DNA of 61,623 bases, counting the filler, from Sphacelaria rigidula (taxonomy: Eukaryota), in NCBI GenBank assembly GCA_964200075.2. It is 9 parts of 9 records of this genome, joined end to end, with 100 filler letters (N's around TTAATTAATTAA, not from the genome) between each part and the next. Parts side by side here need not be neighbours in the genome. Positions count along the whole stretch, not along the records: positions 34,292 to 41,049 come from CAXNAA020018224.1; positions 41,150 to 47,907 come from CAXNAA020018225.1; positions 48,008 to 54,765 come from CAXNAA020018226.1; 6 more parts are not named here. The stretch is one strand, 5' to 3'. This document shows, one piece after another, positions 39,631 to 53,300 of this stretch. The position numbers were made by a program, and so were the translations under genes. How positions within the stretch are numbered: the stretch's first letter is position 1; the number at the start of each line of letters is the position of its first letter. Below the pieces are notes generated by a model. It searched no databases. It was not told where the DNA came from and saw nothing but the letters and a program-made list of their open reading frames with translations.

Positions 39631-42418
39631 CCCGCCGTCCTCTGGGGTAACCGAGGCGACTTCCAGTGGTGATGCTGACAGTGGAAATGGCGGTACCAGG
39701 GGCGGATACGCGGCGAAGCGTGGGAGGGTCGGATCCACAGCGAAGCGCGGGAGGATCGGATCTACGGCGAGTCGTGCAAGAGCCAAGGCGAGTGGAGCGA
39801 CCAACGCGTCGAGGGCAGCAGTCAGCGTGAGGCACGGCGATGAGCCGCGCCGGTTTGGCGGCGGGAGTGTGGTGGGAGAGGAATAGGGTCTGGGAATATC
39901 CCCGAACAGCCGTTATTGTCGCAACGGTGGACATGAAGACTACAACAGCGTCGGGTCAAGAAGTGCAGCCGGCATCTGGATTGGGTATTCCGATTTGGTG
40001 TGTAGCGGGTCGGAGACGGATGACCCGGCAACGGAGGCAGAGAAAAACTATGATGATTTCATATTTTGCTTGCGCCTGATGGATAACTTGTAAATATTCT
40101 TTCGGTTTGTAAAGTGGACTATTGCATTTGCGTTATTCAAACTTGTCTTCTCCAGAAGGTGGTCACAGACCTCGCCTCGTGCACATTACAATGGTGCTCT
40201 TTGCATGGTGCAGTGCGCCCTTTGGGTCATAAGTGTGTTGAGGTTGGCGTGCTGACGCCCTTGGGCGAATCTCCGGTCGTGCGTGAGTGCAGGTATTAAT
40301 GAACACCGGACGAGTTTTTATCCAAGATGACTGTAGGTCCAACTCTAAACCTAGCCACGATCTCCAACTTTGCATGTTGTTAATCCTACATGCGTCTACC
40401 ATTGCACAGTCATCGGCGCTAGTCTGTGGCTGGAATGAACGGTGATCTGACATCGAGCAAACCGCCGACAATCGTTGCTGGGACGAGTTGTGATGAAAGC
40501 TGGAGGGAGGGAAGTCCGAACACGTTCTTAAATGCTCCCTTTTCAACAAGCTGAACCACTTTGCAGCGCAGCGGATGGTCGATGTGACCACATTACCTCC
40601 AAATCGTACCACAGTTCCCCTTCGGCAGAACCGCGCCCTTTTGATGCGGAGGAGTAACGGTATCGCAGACGGTGGAAGCTGTTGGCGCAGTACAAATGGC
40701 GACATTACTTGAGAAGGAGAAGCTCTAATCTGAGGCGAGGCTCGTTTCTTATTCTTATCGCCGAGCCAAGTATATTTCTTGGAGCCATTCTCTTACTTTC
40801 CGCACACGTGCAATCAATGATGAATTTCTTAAAGGCCGATTTATTACTTTCCCCGGACTCGTTAAAAAAATGATGGAATTCTCGAAAACAAATGTCTTTT
40901 TTTGCTTTCAATATTGTAGACTCATTGTAGTACTGTACAAAAAGAGTGCGTGCTGACTATTGTACCGTATTCGGCGTGCGCGGGGGGTGTACTCATGATC
41001 ATGCATGTCATAGCCATAAGACCATTGACCTCGCATCCCTACAATGCCGNNNNNNNNNNNNNNNNNNNNNNNNNNNNNNNNNNNNNNNNNNNNTTAATTA
41101 ATTAANNNNNNNNNNNNNNNNNNNNNNNNNNNNNNNNNNNNNNNNNNNNGGGTGGGGGGTGGTTCCCGGCGCCGTTTGTGTTAAGCCCGGATTTTGAGGG
41201 GGGGGGGGGGGGGGAACTCGGGGTGTCACGATCTCCGAACGACTTCTCCCCATTTTTCGAAAGGACACGAGTGGAAGCGCTCCGAGATCGTGACCCCCCC
41301 CGAATGTTTTCAGGGGACGTACGTGCGTTAACATACAATAGTAGGCTACGCTGGTTTGTTATTTTTGCACCGCAGCAAAAGACAGTCTCGTGACAGCGCA
41401 GGGGGTTTGAGAAGCGGATAATAAGTGTTGACGCTATGCCCTGTGGCGATAGTAATATTTTATGCTGCACTGCGCTGCCATATGTATCGCTATCACGAAC
41501 GGTGCTGTTCTCTCCTCGTCTGTTGTCGCTGTGCTTGTGGGGTGATGTACGGCACTGCGCCACTGAATTCTTCGCGCACACCGTTTGTTCACTGTGCTCG
41601 CGATACCAACTGTACCATGATGTACTATTATATCACACGGCATTATCATGTACTGAATTGATAGGGTGTCCGGCAAAGATTACCCTAGGGTGCCACGGTA
41701 CGACACTGTCCTCCAAGAATTTCTCGCCACCTACGTGCTCTTTAACTTCATGCACGGCTATGCATCACTCATGCCAAAACTGTCTGTGTACGAAACTGTT
41801 TCACAAATCTGTACTACTGTCTGTACCATAAAACAGTTCCCCCGATTTTGAGGTCGCGATTTGGAGTCCCCTCCATTTCGAATAAATACGGGTCTCAAAG
41901 AAAGGAGATTCGTTGCCATAAAAGTTGGTCTAAGGAACCTCTCCGAATTTGCACTCAGTGTTGGGCAACCAAGCACGATCCGGACACCACTGTTGTCGAA
42001 TATCGCTGAAATTTCCCATGTCACAAGGGGCTGTCTCATCCCTCGTCGAACATCAGGTTCATTGTTTGTCGCAAACGGGCTCAGGATAGAGAAGAGATCA
42101 CCTGCCGCGAAGTATAGCTCGGCACACAGCGGTGCCTGTGCCGTTCAGTGTTGACGGCGACAAAGAAACGCTGCATTGTTGGCGGCGTTATTTCTTCTAA
42201 TGCTGCCCTGTGTGCCGGGGTGAGATCGGCTCATCCTGTCACGTTGGGGAGTAGTGCCGAGGGAGGGCAATGTTCAAATCGCGATAGATGATAAACAAAC
42301 AAAATATCTAGTATTTGGGGCCAATGCGCTCGCGCGCTATCGCCCCCGATGGCGCCTAAAAATCATAGCGGTGCCCAGCGTTTGCCTGGGCACGTGTTGG
42401 ACCGGCATGTGATTATAT

Positions 42419-42624
42419 CAAGGGCGGATCGAGTAGAGTATACTCATTTGCGGGGTGTTTTTGGAAGACGTACTAGAGGAACTCAAATTGGGGTATAGTG
42501 TTGGGAGTCGTACCCAGAAAAGAACTGGAAAACGATCCCTAAAGTCCTACCCCCAGTTTGTGCACCTCAAGTGCGACTTTCAAAATACCCCGCAATTGAG
42601 TATACTCTACTCGACCTGCCCTTG
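42419..42624. mobile_element. CAAGGG-TIR MITE, 8-bp TSD (hAT- or P-type)
   Basis: TIR CAAGGGCGGATCGAGTAGAGTATACTC / GAGTATACTCTACTCGACCTGCCCTTG; TSD GATTATAT on both sides. Confidence 0.9.
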
Positions 42625-43060
42625 GATTATATTGTTTACACTGAACCTCTCTGGTTGGAGACTGGACAAGTTGATGTGTTTGACAACGCTTCGGCTCGTA
42701 ATAACAAGTGGGATTGATCGCCATCGGTCGGGTATCCCGATCCTGGTACGTCGGGAGAAGTACCCAAGCGACATGCGCGATGCATCTCTGCTATTTATCG
42801 TGCGCTCCCTCCATTGGCTTGTTATCCACATCACGCAACACGTTCAACCTTCCGGGCGTCGTCGTTGCCCTTCATACACGTTCGTAATGTGGTTACTGGC
42901 GATCTCTGCACGCCGGACCTATGAATGTTTGGCATACCGCCACTGTTTTTGCGGGCGGCTTTTGCAACCAATGTGAAGCCATGGGATGTGTCTCTGCCGC
43001 CCCATTCATGGTGCAAAACTCCCATGGATGTTTGCCACTGGTTCCGTTCTTGGCTTGCAG

Positions 43061-46000
43061 ACGAATAACTACGTCGCCTTCTGCACCGCGGGGAAAGAAC
43101 CGACCGGGCATGACGGCAAGCAGCAAAAACGAGAACAGCGACACCGCCGGAAAACCAGAACGCTTGGCAACAACAGTGTACCAGAAGGCGGGTTCCGGAA
43201 AGAACATGTCTATGGAGCGCTAGGAATTGTACTCGAGATGGGGATCACGAGGCTCCCGCGGATGACCATGCATTGGGGGACGGGGGGGAAGCACAACTTT
43301 CCGCATGTCCGAAAGACTATGCCGCGCGATTTTTTTCTCCTCCTCATGTCGCGCTTCTTCCACCTCGCACCTGGTGGCCTTCCGCAGAGAGGGGAGAAGG
43401 GCTACGACGGAAAAGCACATATCAGGTATACATACTTTCAGAGAGTGCGGGTGGGTACATGTGTGGGGGGGAGGGGGGCGCGACAGCGTGTTTCCATGTT
43501 TGGCCCAGACGGCGAAACAGGACGGGCATTAGATATGTCAAGGGTTTTGTAATGTATGGAAGAAACGTAATGAGCACCCGAGCGTCGAAGGTGGCTTCAT
43601 TAGGAGTAGGACCGGTGCTCCGTCTCGAAAGGGATTCGTGGTCGATGGTCAAACGACTAAGGCAAGCAACAAGCGAGTACGCGTCCCCCGTTCCCCCCTC
43701 GACTTCGTGGTAAAACAGCCCAAACATGACCGAGAACCAGAGTTGATATCACATCTGTCCTGGGGTTGCCACCACCGGCCTCTGGTCGTTTTGGACGCGA
43801 GGATGTCTGTGCGCAGAACCCGGGCGCTGGCATCCCCCACCGTAACACAGAACACCACCTCCTAACCCTGTTTCGCTCCACAGGAGACTGGAGGAAATAC
43901 TGAATGGGGCGTGGAGTGAGGCTGCCGAGGTCGGGTTGTGGATAGCCTTCGACGAGCAGATGGTGAAGTGCACTGCAAGGGTTGCCCACTTCCTCATCAG
44001 GTTCAACAAGAACAAGCCCATCAAACACGGCAAGTGCTGCGTGTTTTGTTTGCAATAACGATTACGGTCTCGTTTCGTGCAAGAAGCTCGCACAACGGGG
44101 AGGTGATCGAGCAAAGATGACGTGTGTTGGTCTCCGTTCGCGAGAGCGAGATAAATATGACATCGTGTGGCCTTTACTGCGCATACAGCAGCCCGAGAAG
44201 CCCACGTTCATGTGCAGTCGCCCGGAGAAGGCTTTCTCAGCGTTATGTATACCGCAACTCCTGAGTAGGGTATCTTCTCATCTTTCCGGGGAACCTCCCT
44301 CCTTGTGATTTACCCCATCCGTGTGACTGCAGCTGACGCCGCGACATCGCTGCTCGCCTGTTTTCGTCGCTGGCAAATGTCAAAACGCTTCACACCGTGT
44401 CAAACAATATTTTGGAGGATGGAGACGGCTGCCGGGTCGTATGCTCGTGATGTTTCGTGCCGTAGTATTGACACCGATGGCGGGTGATCGGAGGGGGGGG
44501 ATCCGAAAATATCCGAGGCAAAAATGAACGCATGTCGCTTCATACGGCTCGCAGTCGGCAAAAGTAGGCGACATTTCCACATTGCCAGTCCCAAAACGTG
44601 ATTGCTGCCGTCAAGGGGGGGGGGGGAGTTACAGGACGGATGTGGGGATGTCTTGGTACAGTCATTCACACCGCCGCCGCACTCATTTCCATCTTCCAAC
44701 CGCCGCATCATTTATTCTTGTTTTGCCGAACCGCCATTGACTGGGACATGGGGTGAAGTCAACGTGAGGTGGACGAACATCGCACATGACGGAATTTGAA
44801 GTTTAGAACAGCTGTGTTCGCATGAACACAGCGTGTTTATGTAAGAAGCAATTCCAGACGACCCCTGACCGATTCAGACGCCACACTCGATTGAGTGCAG
44901 GGTCAGTATGTGCGCCGCATGTCTGCGCCGGGCACAACGACGCCAACACCTGGGCATGCCATCGCCCTCTACTGAACGCGGTGTAAGGTCGGGTGCTCAT
45001 GATTTTGCTAAACATTCCGCGAAAATTAACGGACAGAGCTTGTTGGCACAGAAGAAAGTGAGTGACACAGTAAAGTCCAAAATGCCGGTGTGCTACCCTC
45101 GCGCGTCTGGCAGGTATCAAGGTGTGGGCGGTATGTTGCCGGACAGGATATTGTTTCGTGAGCGTCGTGGACGCTGGCTTCGAAGGGGACTGCCACCTCA
45201 GCGACTGGGCCAACTGCCCTCTTGGTCGCACAACCCGAATGGTTCTGTACGTCCTTCTAAAAGCCTGTGATAAGTTCGGGCCGCAGCTCGAGCACACCGG
45301 GGTGCATGTTGCCATGGACAACTTCTTTACCTCCCCTATGCTCCAGCTGTGCCTCCTCACGCACGGCATTTTCAGCGTGGGGACTGTTCGAAAGAACAGG
45401 GCGGGAGTGGCAGGCGCGTTAAATTTTTGGCAGAGCCGCGGGTTGGAAGCGAAGAAGCGAGGGGATATGATTTTCGCGCGCTGTGGACAGCTGTCGTTCG
45501 TGTCCTGGATCGATTCCGTCCCCTTGCTCCTATCGTCGACTGCCCACGTGTACGAGGAACACCACCAGGCCATGGAGTACTCGTGAGTGATGGCGGATGT
45601 GGTGCGGGAGTAGGAGGAAGTTGTCGGCGATTACGTGTCTTCTATTGTGTCACGTGCATTGGTAGAGTGCCTTGTCCATGCACAACGGTTCTGTTTGTCC
45701 CAAAGTGGTCACCTATCTCCATCAGATACTACATGTATCTGTCGAAAATTCGCTGGCTTCCAGTACACTGCTTCCCCGAGGATGCCGTACCCCAGGTCTT
45801 GAAGCTCGGCCGTTTCGAATCGCTCCGGTCTCTGTAGCGAATCGCAAGATATCTCGTCACGAGGAAAATTCCTCACTACGATTTTTTTATTTCAAGCGAT
45901 ATACTCGAGTGAAGGTCGCGGATGGTGTCTGCAAAATCCTCAATCGGGAGAATACCTTACAATTATGATATGTGCAATATGCGTGGATACGGGAATTCCC

Positions 46001-47907
46001 GATATGCATGTGTATATATGCTGTGGCTGTCGTAGTCATGGATGGGCTGCGAAAATCGTTAGTTGCAGTTTTTGGTCGGAGGGTGAAGAAACATGGGCGA
46101 TGACCATTTCTCCCCAGCCAATGCTAGTGGGTATTGTGGCACAAAATTTACACGATGAGCGTTGCAGAATTCCCCCGCACCCAAGAGCACCTGTTGTATT
46201 CCGTGAAATAATGTAACGATTCAATATATCACACTCCAGAGCATCGGACCAACCCTAGGCATATGGATTTTTACTCGTTCCCTGTCTCTTCCTTTCATAC
46301 CAACAGCCGCTGCAGTTTCATGATGAAAGCTAGTTCGGAGCAGTGACTACCGTTGCCCAAGGCCGTGGTGTTCGTTGTGCATGGTTCATTACAAACATGT
46401 CAAAAACGGTATGCGTAGCGTGTCTGGTGTGACATCATTGGTCGTTGGTTTGATGGCAGGGGTCTTGTGGCTACTGTTCACGTGTTTGTTTTGGACTTGT
46501 GCTGATGGTACTCCTTCGCCGTAGGATCACTGTACCCATCGTTGCAGTCGTACACTACCGCTGTTGGCGGGCCCACGTAGCAAAAATCCCAGCAAAAATC
46601 CAAGGGTATGTCGAGTACGGTACGTACTTTCAAGTAGGCGAGTAAAATACTTAGGTATTTCCTTTACTCGACGTTTGAGTAATAATCCACTCAAATTTCA
46701 GTAGGGCGAGTAAGGCCTCCAAAACTCTACTCAAATTTTCGTCGATAGAGTACGACCTCAAATACTTTACTCAAATATTGAGTAAGCACTCCCAGTACTT
46801 CTTCGGTGTCGGGTATCACTCGAGTATGACCTCCATACTCTAGTCGAGTTTCGACTAGATCGAGTACGGCCTGAAATACTCTACTCGAATTTTGAGTAGA
46901 TGGAGTACGACCTCGAATACTCTAGTCAGGATTGGGCAAGCACTCTCCGTAATACTGGAGTACAGAGTATCACTTGGTTATGACCTCATACTGTACTCAA
47001 ATTTCAAGTATGTCGAGTACGGCCTCCAATACTCTACTCAAATTTTCGCAGATCGAGTACGACCTCAAAAATTTCATTCAAACATCGAGTAAGCACTCCT
47101 AGTAATTCTTGAGTGTAGAGTATTACTAGGTTATGACCTTCATACTCTACTCAAATTTTCGTACATCGAGTACGACCTCCAATACTTTACTCAAATATCG
47201 ACTAAGCGCTCCCGGTAATTCTTGAGTGTAGAGTATTACTTGCGTATGACCTCCATACTCTACTCAAATTTCGAGTAGATTTAGTACGGTCTCACAAGCT
47301 CTACTTGAATTTTGAGTAGATAGAGTACGACCTCGAATAATCTTCTGAAGCATTGAGTAGGCACTCTCAGGAATACTCGAGTATAGAGTATCACTTGAGT
47401 ATGACCTCAATACTGTACTCGAATCTCGAGTAGATTAAGTATGATCTGAAATACCCTACACGAATAATTGAGTAAGTTGAGTACGACCTCAAATACTCTA
47501 CTCAAACTTTGAGTACTAAAAGTATGACTTCGAAAATACTGAGTGTTGAGTATACTCTACTCGACCCACCCTTGCAAAAATCGTTGTGCATGGACCAAAA
47601 TGTGACATAACAGCAATGGTGACAGCTACACCAGGACGCACCACTGTTCACCCGGTGCCAACCGCCTTCGCGATTTCCTTCGCGACTCCGTGCTTTCATG
47701 GCTCCCTCCCATCCCCCATTTGCACAGGAAGCATGTGTCCGGGAACAACGGGCAGAAGGTACTCGGCCAGCAGCCACCCCATCGCGCGGACTACGTGAAG
47801 TACATGCGCGGCGTCGACGTGGCCGACCAACGGAACGCCGCCCACGCCACTGATCACAAGCCGCAGAACTACTACTGGAAGAGGCCATTTGAGAACAAGT
47901 TGCGGCA
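43061..47907 (+). CDS. piggyBac-family (DDE_Tnp_1_7/PGBD-like) transposase, spliced, partial
   Basis: Phase-compatible exons 43061-43425 (HW...MPRDFF...FFHL), 43884-44029 (AFDEQM...NKPIKHG), 45114-45582 (IKVW...MDNFFTS...GTVRKNR...SWID) and 47728-47907 (YMRGVDVADQ). Intron 2 has a GC donor (gcaagt). No stops or frameshifts in these exons. Confidence 0.9.
43520..43695 (+). mobile_element. LINE 3'-end fragment in intron 1 of the piggyBac gene
   Basis: Reverse-complement homolog of 13270-13450 and 58760-58940. Confidence 0.7.
46601..47574. mobile_element. CAAGGG-TIR non-autonomous transposon with internal tandem array (about 40-bp units, about 154-bp higher-order period)
   Basis: Termini CAAGGGTATGTCGAGTA / TACTCGACCCACCCTTG; TSD CAAAAATC on both sides; unit gagtacgacctcaaatactctactcaaattttgagtagatc. 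Confidence 0.9.
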
Positions 47908-48007
47908 NNNNNNNNNNNNNNNNNNNNNNNNNNNNNNNNNNNNNNNNNNNNTTAATTAATTAANNNNNNNNNNNNNNNNNNNNNNNNNNNNNNNNNNNNN
48001 NNNNNNN

Positions 48008-50013
48008 CCACTGCGCGAGATTTGCTGCCTGCTGGTTGTTTGCTGCCTGCTGGTTGCGCCGTTGCAAGAAACGGCACTCTTCGTCGCTGTGGGTTGTTGA
48101 CATGTGGAAGGAACACCACTTGCCCTCTGTCCTATTGTTCTTGTCTCCCCCTGTCAGTGCTTGGGCCGCGTTTCGAGCGGGGCACTTTCTTTTGACGTGG
48201 CCTCGCTTTCCGCAGCGGAAACACACTGTGCGATTTCTTCTGCTATCACGACTTCCACTGGTCTGCATGGCGACCCCGCGACCTGCGACCAAGTTGATGG
48301 CATCTGGGCGAGAGAGATTGTCGGTATACATGGTGCTGACCATGTATCGGATATCCGCCAAATTAAAATCACGCCTCTCGCAGCTAGCAACACGAACCCT
48401 TTCTTACTCGGCAGGCAGGGCTCGGAAGATAATGTCCTCGTACCGCTCGTCGGGTATACCTTGTCCCATTTCATCTAGGCGATCACGGTAGCCGTCCATG
48501 ATAAACAGGAAGTCTTCCGGATCATCTCCGGACTGCATCGTTATGTTGTGGAGTTTGTCGTGGAACTCTCTTCCTTCCTCTTTGCTGTTGCCGTCAAACT
48601 TGTTGTGCAGCGCTGCCCACGCTGCTTGTCCGTTCCCAATCCCATCCTGTGGGGTTTTCCCCATGTGATGTCTGACGGTATTGTTTGCTGATTTTACCGT
48701 GCTAAAAAGCAGAATACTAAACAGATCATTGTTTGCACGGTCCCACGCCACTGAAGTTGTCGTATCACAGGGTGGTTGGTCATCATCAATTACGGTGGGC
48801 CTGGGTCTTTGCCGCGCCTGCAGGATTTCTGCGACCGCACTGTGGTGAAGGGACAGGATCACCCGGAGTTTATCTTTGAATTCCCGGAACTCGCTTTGTC
48901 TCTGCCATCAGACTTTTGACAGAGTTTCAGTACTCCTTGAATACCCTCATTGTCCGCCATGTGAATCCTGTTCGTTGCTGTGCTCCAACGTCACGAGTAA
49001 AGATAAAGGATGTTCAAGTATAGGTTCCCCACCACACAACCGGCTTGCTCACCGCCGCTTGAGTTGTCGGTAGCGCAAAAATAAATGTACGCAGATTAGA
49101 AGCAATGGGAATGGTCCCCCACCGCTGCAGCGTCATCCGGAGATGCTGCTTAGCGTTAATATCTGCACTCTTTTCGACAGGATATTGATACAGGATGTTG
49201 CATAAGGCGCAGTGGCTGTGCACTTCGAAAGTAGACGCTTACAATTTCCCCTCAAAAGGATCCGACTACTGACCGTTTCCCCAGGTCAGCCCTGATGTCA
49301 GGCGCGCTGTTGTCGATTCACCTTCCAAACATAGATCACACACACTACTCGGTTCCAGTTGTGGTCTCCTGCTGTAGCGCCAGACGAGGACAGATTCGTG
49401 CCGTCGCTGTTGCAGGGTTACTACCGTACCGTGCTCTACGATTGTCCCGCTTTTTCAACATTACGTATTTTACCGGGTGCGCACAGAAAAGTGCCGTCCT
49501 CACTTCGTGACACACTGTCGCAGTGCCAGTGCCAGATCCACACAGATGTAGTGCCGTCTTTATGTTGACTCAACTCACGTTTTTTCCAGCAAAGATCCTT
49601 CCTTTTTTCTGCTGTCTTCCTTCTTCCAAAGTTCGCTCCGTAAACGCCAGCGACGAGGCTCATTAAACCTGTTAGAAAAGTGTCGCGATTGCCCCTTTGA
49701 CGTGATCGCTAGAGTTGGCGCAATGGCACTTAAGCCAAGCAAGAAGACAAGTTGCTTTGGAGTGTAGACAGAAGATGATGTTCAGGGTGCCTCTTGCGGG
49801 CACGACAGTCCAAACAACCCACCGTGTTGAACGGTCAACCGAAGAGAGTGCTTCATGTATCACAGCTGCTATCCCACATTATACGCCCCCACATCAGACC
49901 AAACCTTCGTGACCGGTACCTGCGATCCCAACACTACATATATATATATATATATAAAGCCAATACCACACGAAGAGTTGAAGAGCATGGCTCCACAGGC
50001 TCATTTTCTAACA
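48008..50013 (-). mobile_element. Ty1/Copia retrotransposon 5' fragment: LTR 49670-50013, PBS and degenerate gag
   Basis: LTR ends TGTTAGAAAA...TTTTCTAACA form a perfect 10-bp inverted repeat; Copia-type PBS GGTTTAATGAGCC is adjacent; gag has GQAAWAAL...IFRALPAE* and a CFRCGKRGHVKRKC knuckle. Confidence 0.88.
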
Positions 50014-50325
50014 GTCAACATCACGGAAGGTATGACCGCTGCAACCTTCTGATTTTCAAAACAACGGGCAGGTGAACCCGGAAGCACCCACTTGTGCGGT
50101 GACATGTCCGCACGTCGCCCCTGAGAGGGAAGGTTGAAGATTTGCCGGGATGTGCACCGTACGTGCTGATGCCTCCACACAACGTAAAAAAAAGACGCCG
50201 GGACATTCCCCCGCGCGCCGACCCCCGCACATCTCCCAGTCCATCACACATCACACCCATTCCATCCAGACAGTCAGTAAGCCACAGCTAGCGCGATCCT
50301 GATACTCGACCTGTAGTACAGCGGA

Positions 50326-53300
50326 ATGGCCGTGGCTCTCAGGGTCGCCGATGAAGGCGTTCCACCCTCCCCCCTCGATACGGCAGGGGTCAACAGTAAG
50401 CTGGAGGCTTGGCTGCACGATCGGCACATTGGTCTTTCAACATCCCTCTGAGCCAGCTGACTCTAACGTCGCTGTCCAGGGAACTGAATCCGCGAGGACT
50501 ACAAGACGTCATGAGGTCTTTAAAGGTGAATGGGTGGCTTACTCACAACCCACCAGCCGTCGTACTTAGCAGCGAGGCAGGTGATTTGGTCACTACTGAG
50601 GCCATGGCAGGCGCTTCTTTTCGCGTTCTTGACGCAACCACCAAGTCAAAGCAGGACCGCGCATCTTCGGGCTGGAGAAGCGTATACCATGCTATGTGTA
50701 CAGAGATATATCGGCCAACGAAATGGGCATTATCGGAGACGGTGAGCCGTACTTTCACACCTGAAATCGCATCTTGTGGTTTGGTGCTCGGCAGGTGGTT
50801 GTTCTGATTTCGCAGTAGTCTGCACGGGGTCAGCCCTTCCCCAAAAATACTCCGCACCTCCCTGCGGTGGGGAAGTGGAATCGATCCGAGCAAACAATTT
50901 TCGTTTTGATGCAGTTGGGTGCATGTGGATTTTCAAGCTTTGGATCCCAAAATGACAGTGCAGCTTTGCAAGGGCAGGTCGGGTAGAGTATACTCGATTG
51001 CGGGATATTTTGAAAGTCGTACTTACAGTACACAAATTGACGGTAGGGTTTTAGCCCGGCTTTTACGGCAACGAATCCCGGTTTTTACGAATAGGAGGAT
51101 TTCAGCCCGTCTACAGGCGATTTTCTCCCGTGGATTGATTTTTCGGACCCCAGTCCGTTGGGATCGCGCTCCAGTTATTTTTTGGGTACGACTCCGAATA
51201 CTCTACCCTAATTTGAGTACCTCAAGTTCGTCTTGCGAAATACCCCGCAATTGAGTATACTCTACTCGACCTACCCTTGCAGCTTTGTACTGCCTGCTTT
51301 GTCCATGAGCGTGCACGCAACTCGGGTGCCCACCGTACTACGCAGTTTCGTCCCTGATGCCTGCCATGAGAGAAGATGCGCAAATTTTCGCCTACATATA
51401 AAGTACACAAAGCACATCCAACTACTGTAGTGCATCTATCCTTGTGCTCAACTCGTGCTCTATGCTGCAGGGTTGCGGTCGTAGCTGAGAATGAGTTGGA
51501 TGGAGTTTGAAAGATCCTGTAAACAGGTGTTATTTGGCGTATCGGCGTGTTTGTGTTGAAATCAAGCTCCATTTTTTTCATAAACTGTTTTTTTTGTTTT
51601 GAAGCCCCGTTTCAAGCTTTTTTAAATCAGGCGTTCTTTATGCGCCTTATTTCCGTCCTTGTTGTGGCGTTGTAGCAGTATCCCCTCACGAGGCGCGCGT
51701 TCTAGCATGAGGGCAAGACGACAAGTTGGACATTCGAAGTTTTGTTGATTATTTACAATTAAGAAATGGAGATTTTCCTCAGTTCTTGAGTTTGGAGCCC
51801 ACAACCTGCACACCGACTTCACGAGCCATCATCCCCAATCAACCGTGTCAAAACGTTCCCTCTCCGCATATCCATGTCGGCACAACGACGCAGCCTTGAA
51901 CGAGGTAGGAGAGACACTGTCAAAACGGAAAAATTACGATAAACTTTATATGTTCATGGAGATCATCGGCTCCATACAAGATCGTACGAAAAAAATAACG
52001 TCGGAGCGGAAGCGATTGCAGAAGAGTTTACGAAGGTGAGGGGGAATCTGAAAAAGTTCTCTTTCGGAGCTTATAATGATTTGCTCTATTCGTTGGGGGG
52101 GTTCCAGGACATTTCCTCATCCTCCGGTGGCCGTAGTTTTTATTTTCACCAAAAATTTTAGTTCAAGAACAGTCGAAAACGGTCAAATACAGAGAAATTC
52201 GCCATATTTCTCTGGACTTGACCCTTCTTGGACAAAAACTTTTCTTCGGTCAATATAGAAACTGCGGCCACCGAGAAAGGGGGAAATGTCCTGGACCCAC
52301 CTCAATGAGTGGAGAAAATCATTGCAAGGTGTCAAATTCCGCCTAGCTCTCTGTTGAGGCGTAAAACTATGCCAAAGCTCCAAAAATGCAGTTTTCCAGG
52401 TTTTGATTTCAGTTTATTATAAGAAGCGGCCTGAGTGGCGTGCTTGTGTAGGTCGGAGTATATCGTTTCACGAGACCGACACTGCTGCTGTACAGCATTG
52501 CTGACCCCACTAGAGTGTGGCGTGCACTTTATGACACAGACCATGATGCTACACCCTACACTACGGTCCGACGCGGCAGTCGGCTGCAGGAAGAGTACAA
52601 ACGCCTGCTCTTTCGGTTCTCACTCCAATTGTTGCCAGGGCTCGGGTGTGAGTATATGTTTGTATCCACATGTGAGCAGGGGTGACCAGCCCATACAATC
52701 CGCACCCCACTGCGGTAGCGTGCGAGAAGCGGCCTCGGGGCAGTTGCTGTCGCCAACACTTTCTTAGGCTAGTTTCTCCCACTCTGACGACTTCCACACG
52801 GTCGCGGCTCGCGGAGAAGTTTGTGTCGCCACCACACCTCGTTGGCACTCGGCATCGCCTCGATTGGCTGGGAATTCCGAAAATTCGATCAATGAAGATA
52901 CTAGAGAACGGTTGATGGCGTTGGATTACGCCCGGTTATTCTGCCCGCCTGAACTCCGTATTGTTCGTCCACTGCGCTCTGTCAGCGCGCGCGGGGTAAC
53001 TTGAATCGCGTGACGATGGCCCGAGCAAAAACAAAAATGCGCGACAGTAACACATGTTTCCTTCGTCCGCCAATGCGTGTCGATACCCCTGCCCCCTCTT
53101 GAAACCGACAGCTGCACGTGCGGGTCCCGTCCATGACGACTCTGCGGCATTGGAAAAAAGCGGTTGTGTCGACATCGCCAGAAGCGATGATGGCCTTCGC
53201 TTGGGCGTTTCAATGCGACAACCGTGGCGTTGACTCAGGAGCCATATCCCCGGCTTTCCTCGAAAGCAACTAGTACACAGACCTGCATGATAAACCCCAG

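Noticed and set aside
46601-47574. Regular, partly palindromic ~40-bp repeats resembling a CRISPR array (also 59659-60580 and 61310-61510)
   Set aside because: Units are contiguous with no unique spacers, there are no cas genes, and the array is bounded by TIRs with an 8-bp TSD inside a spliceosomal intron
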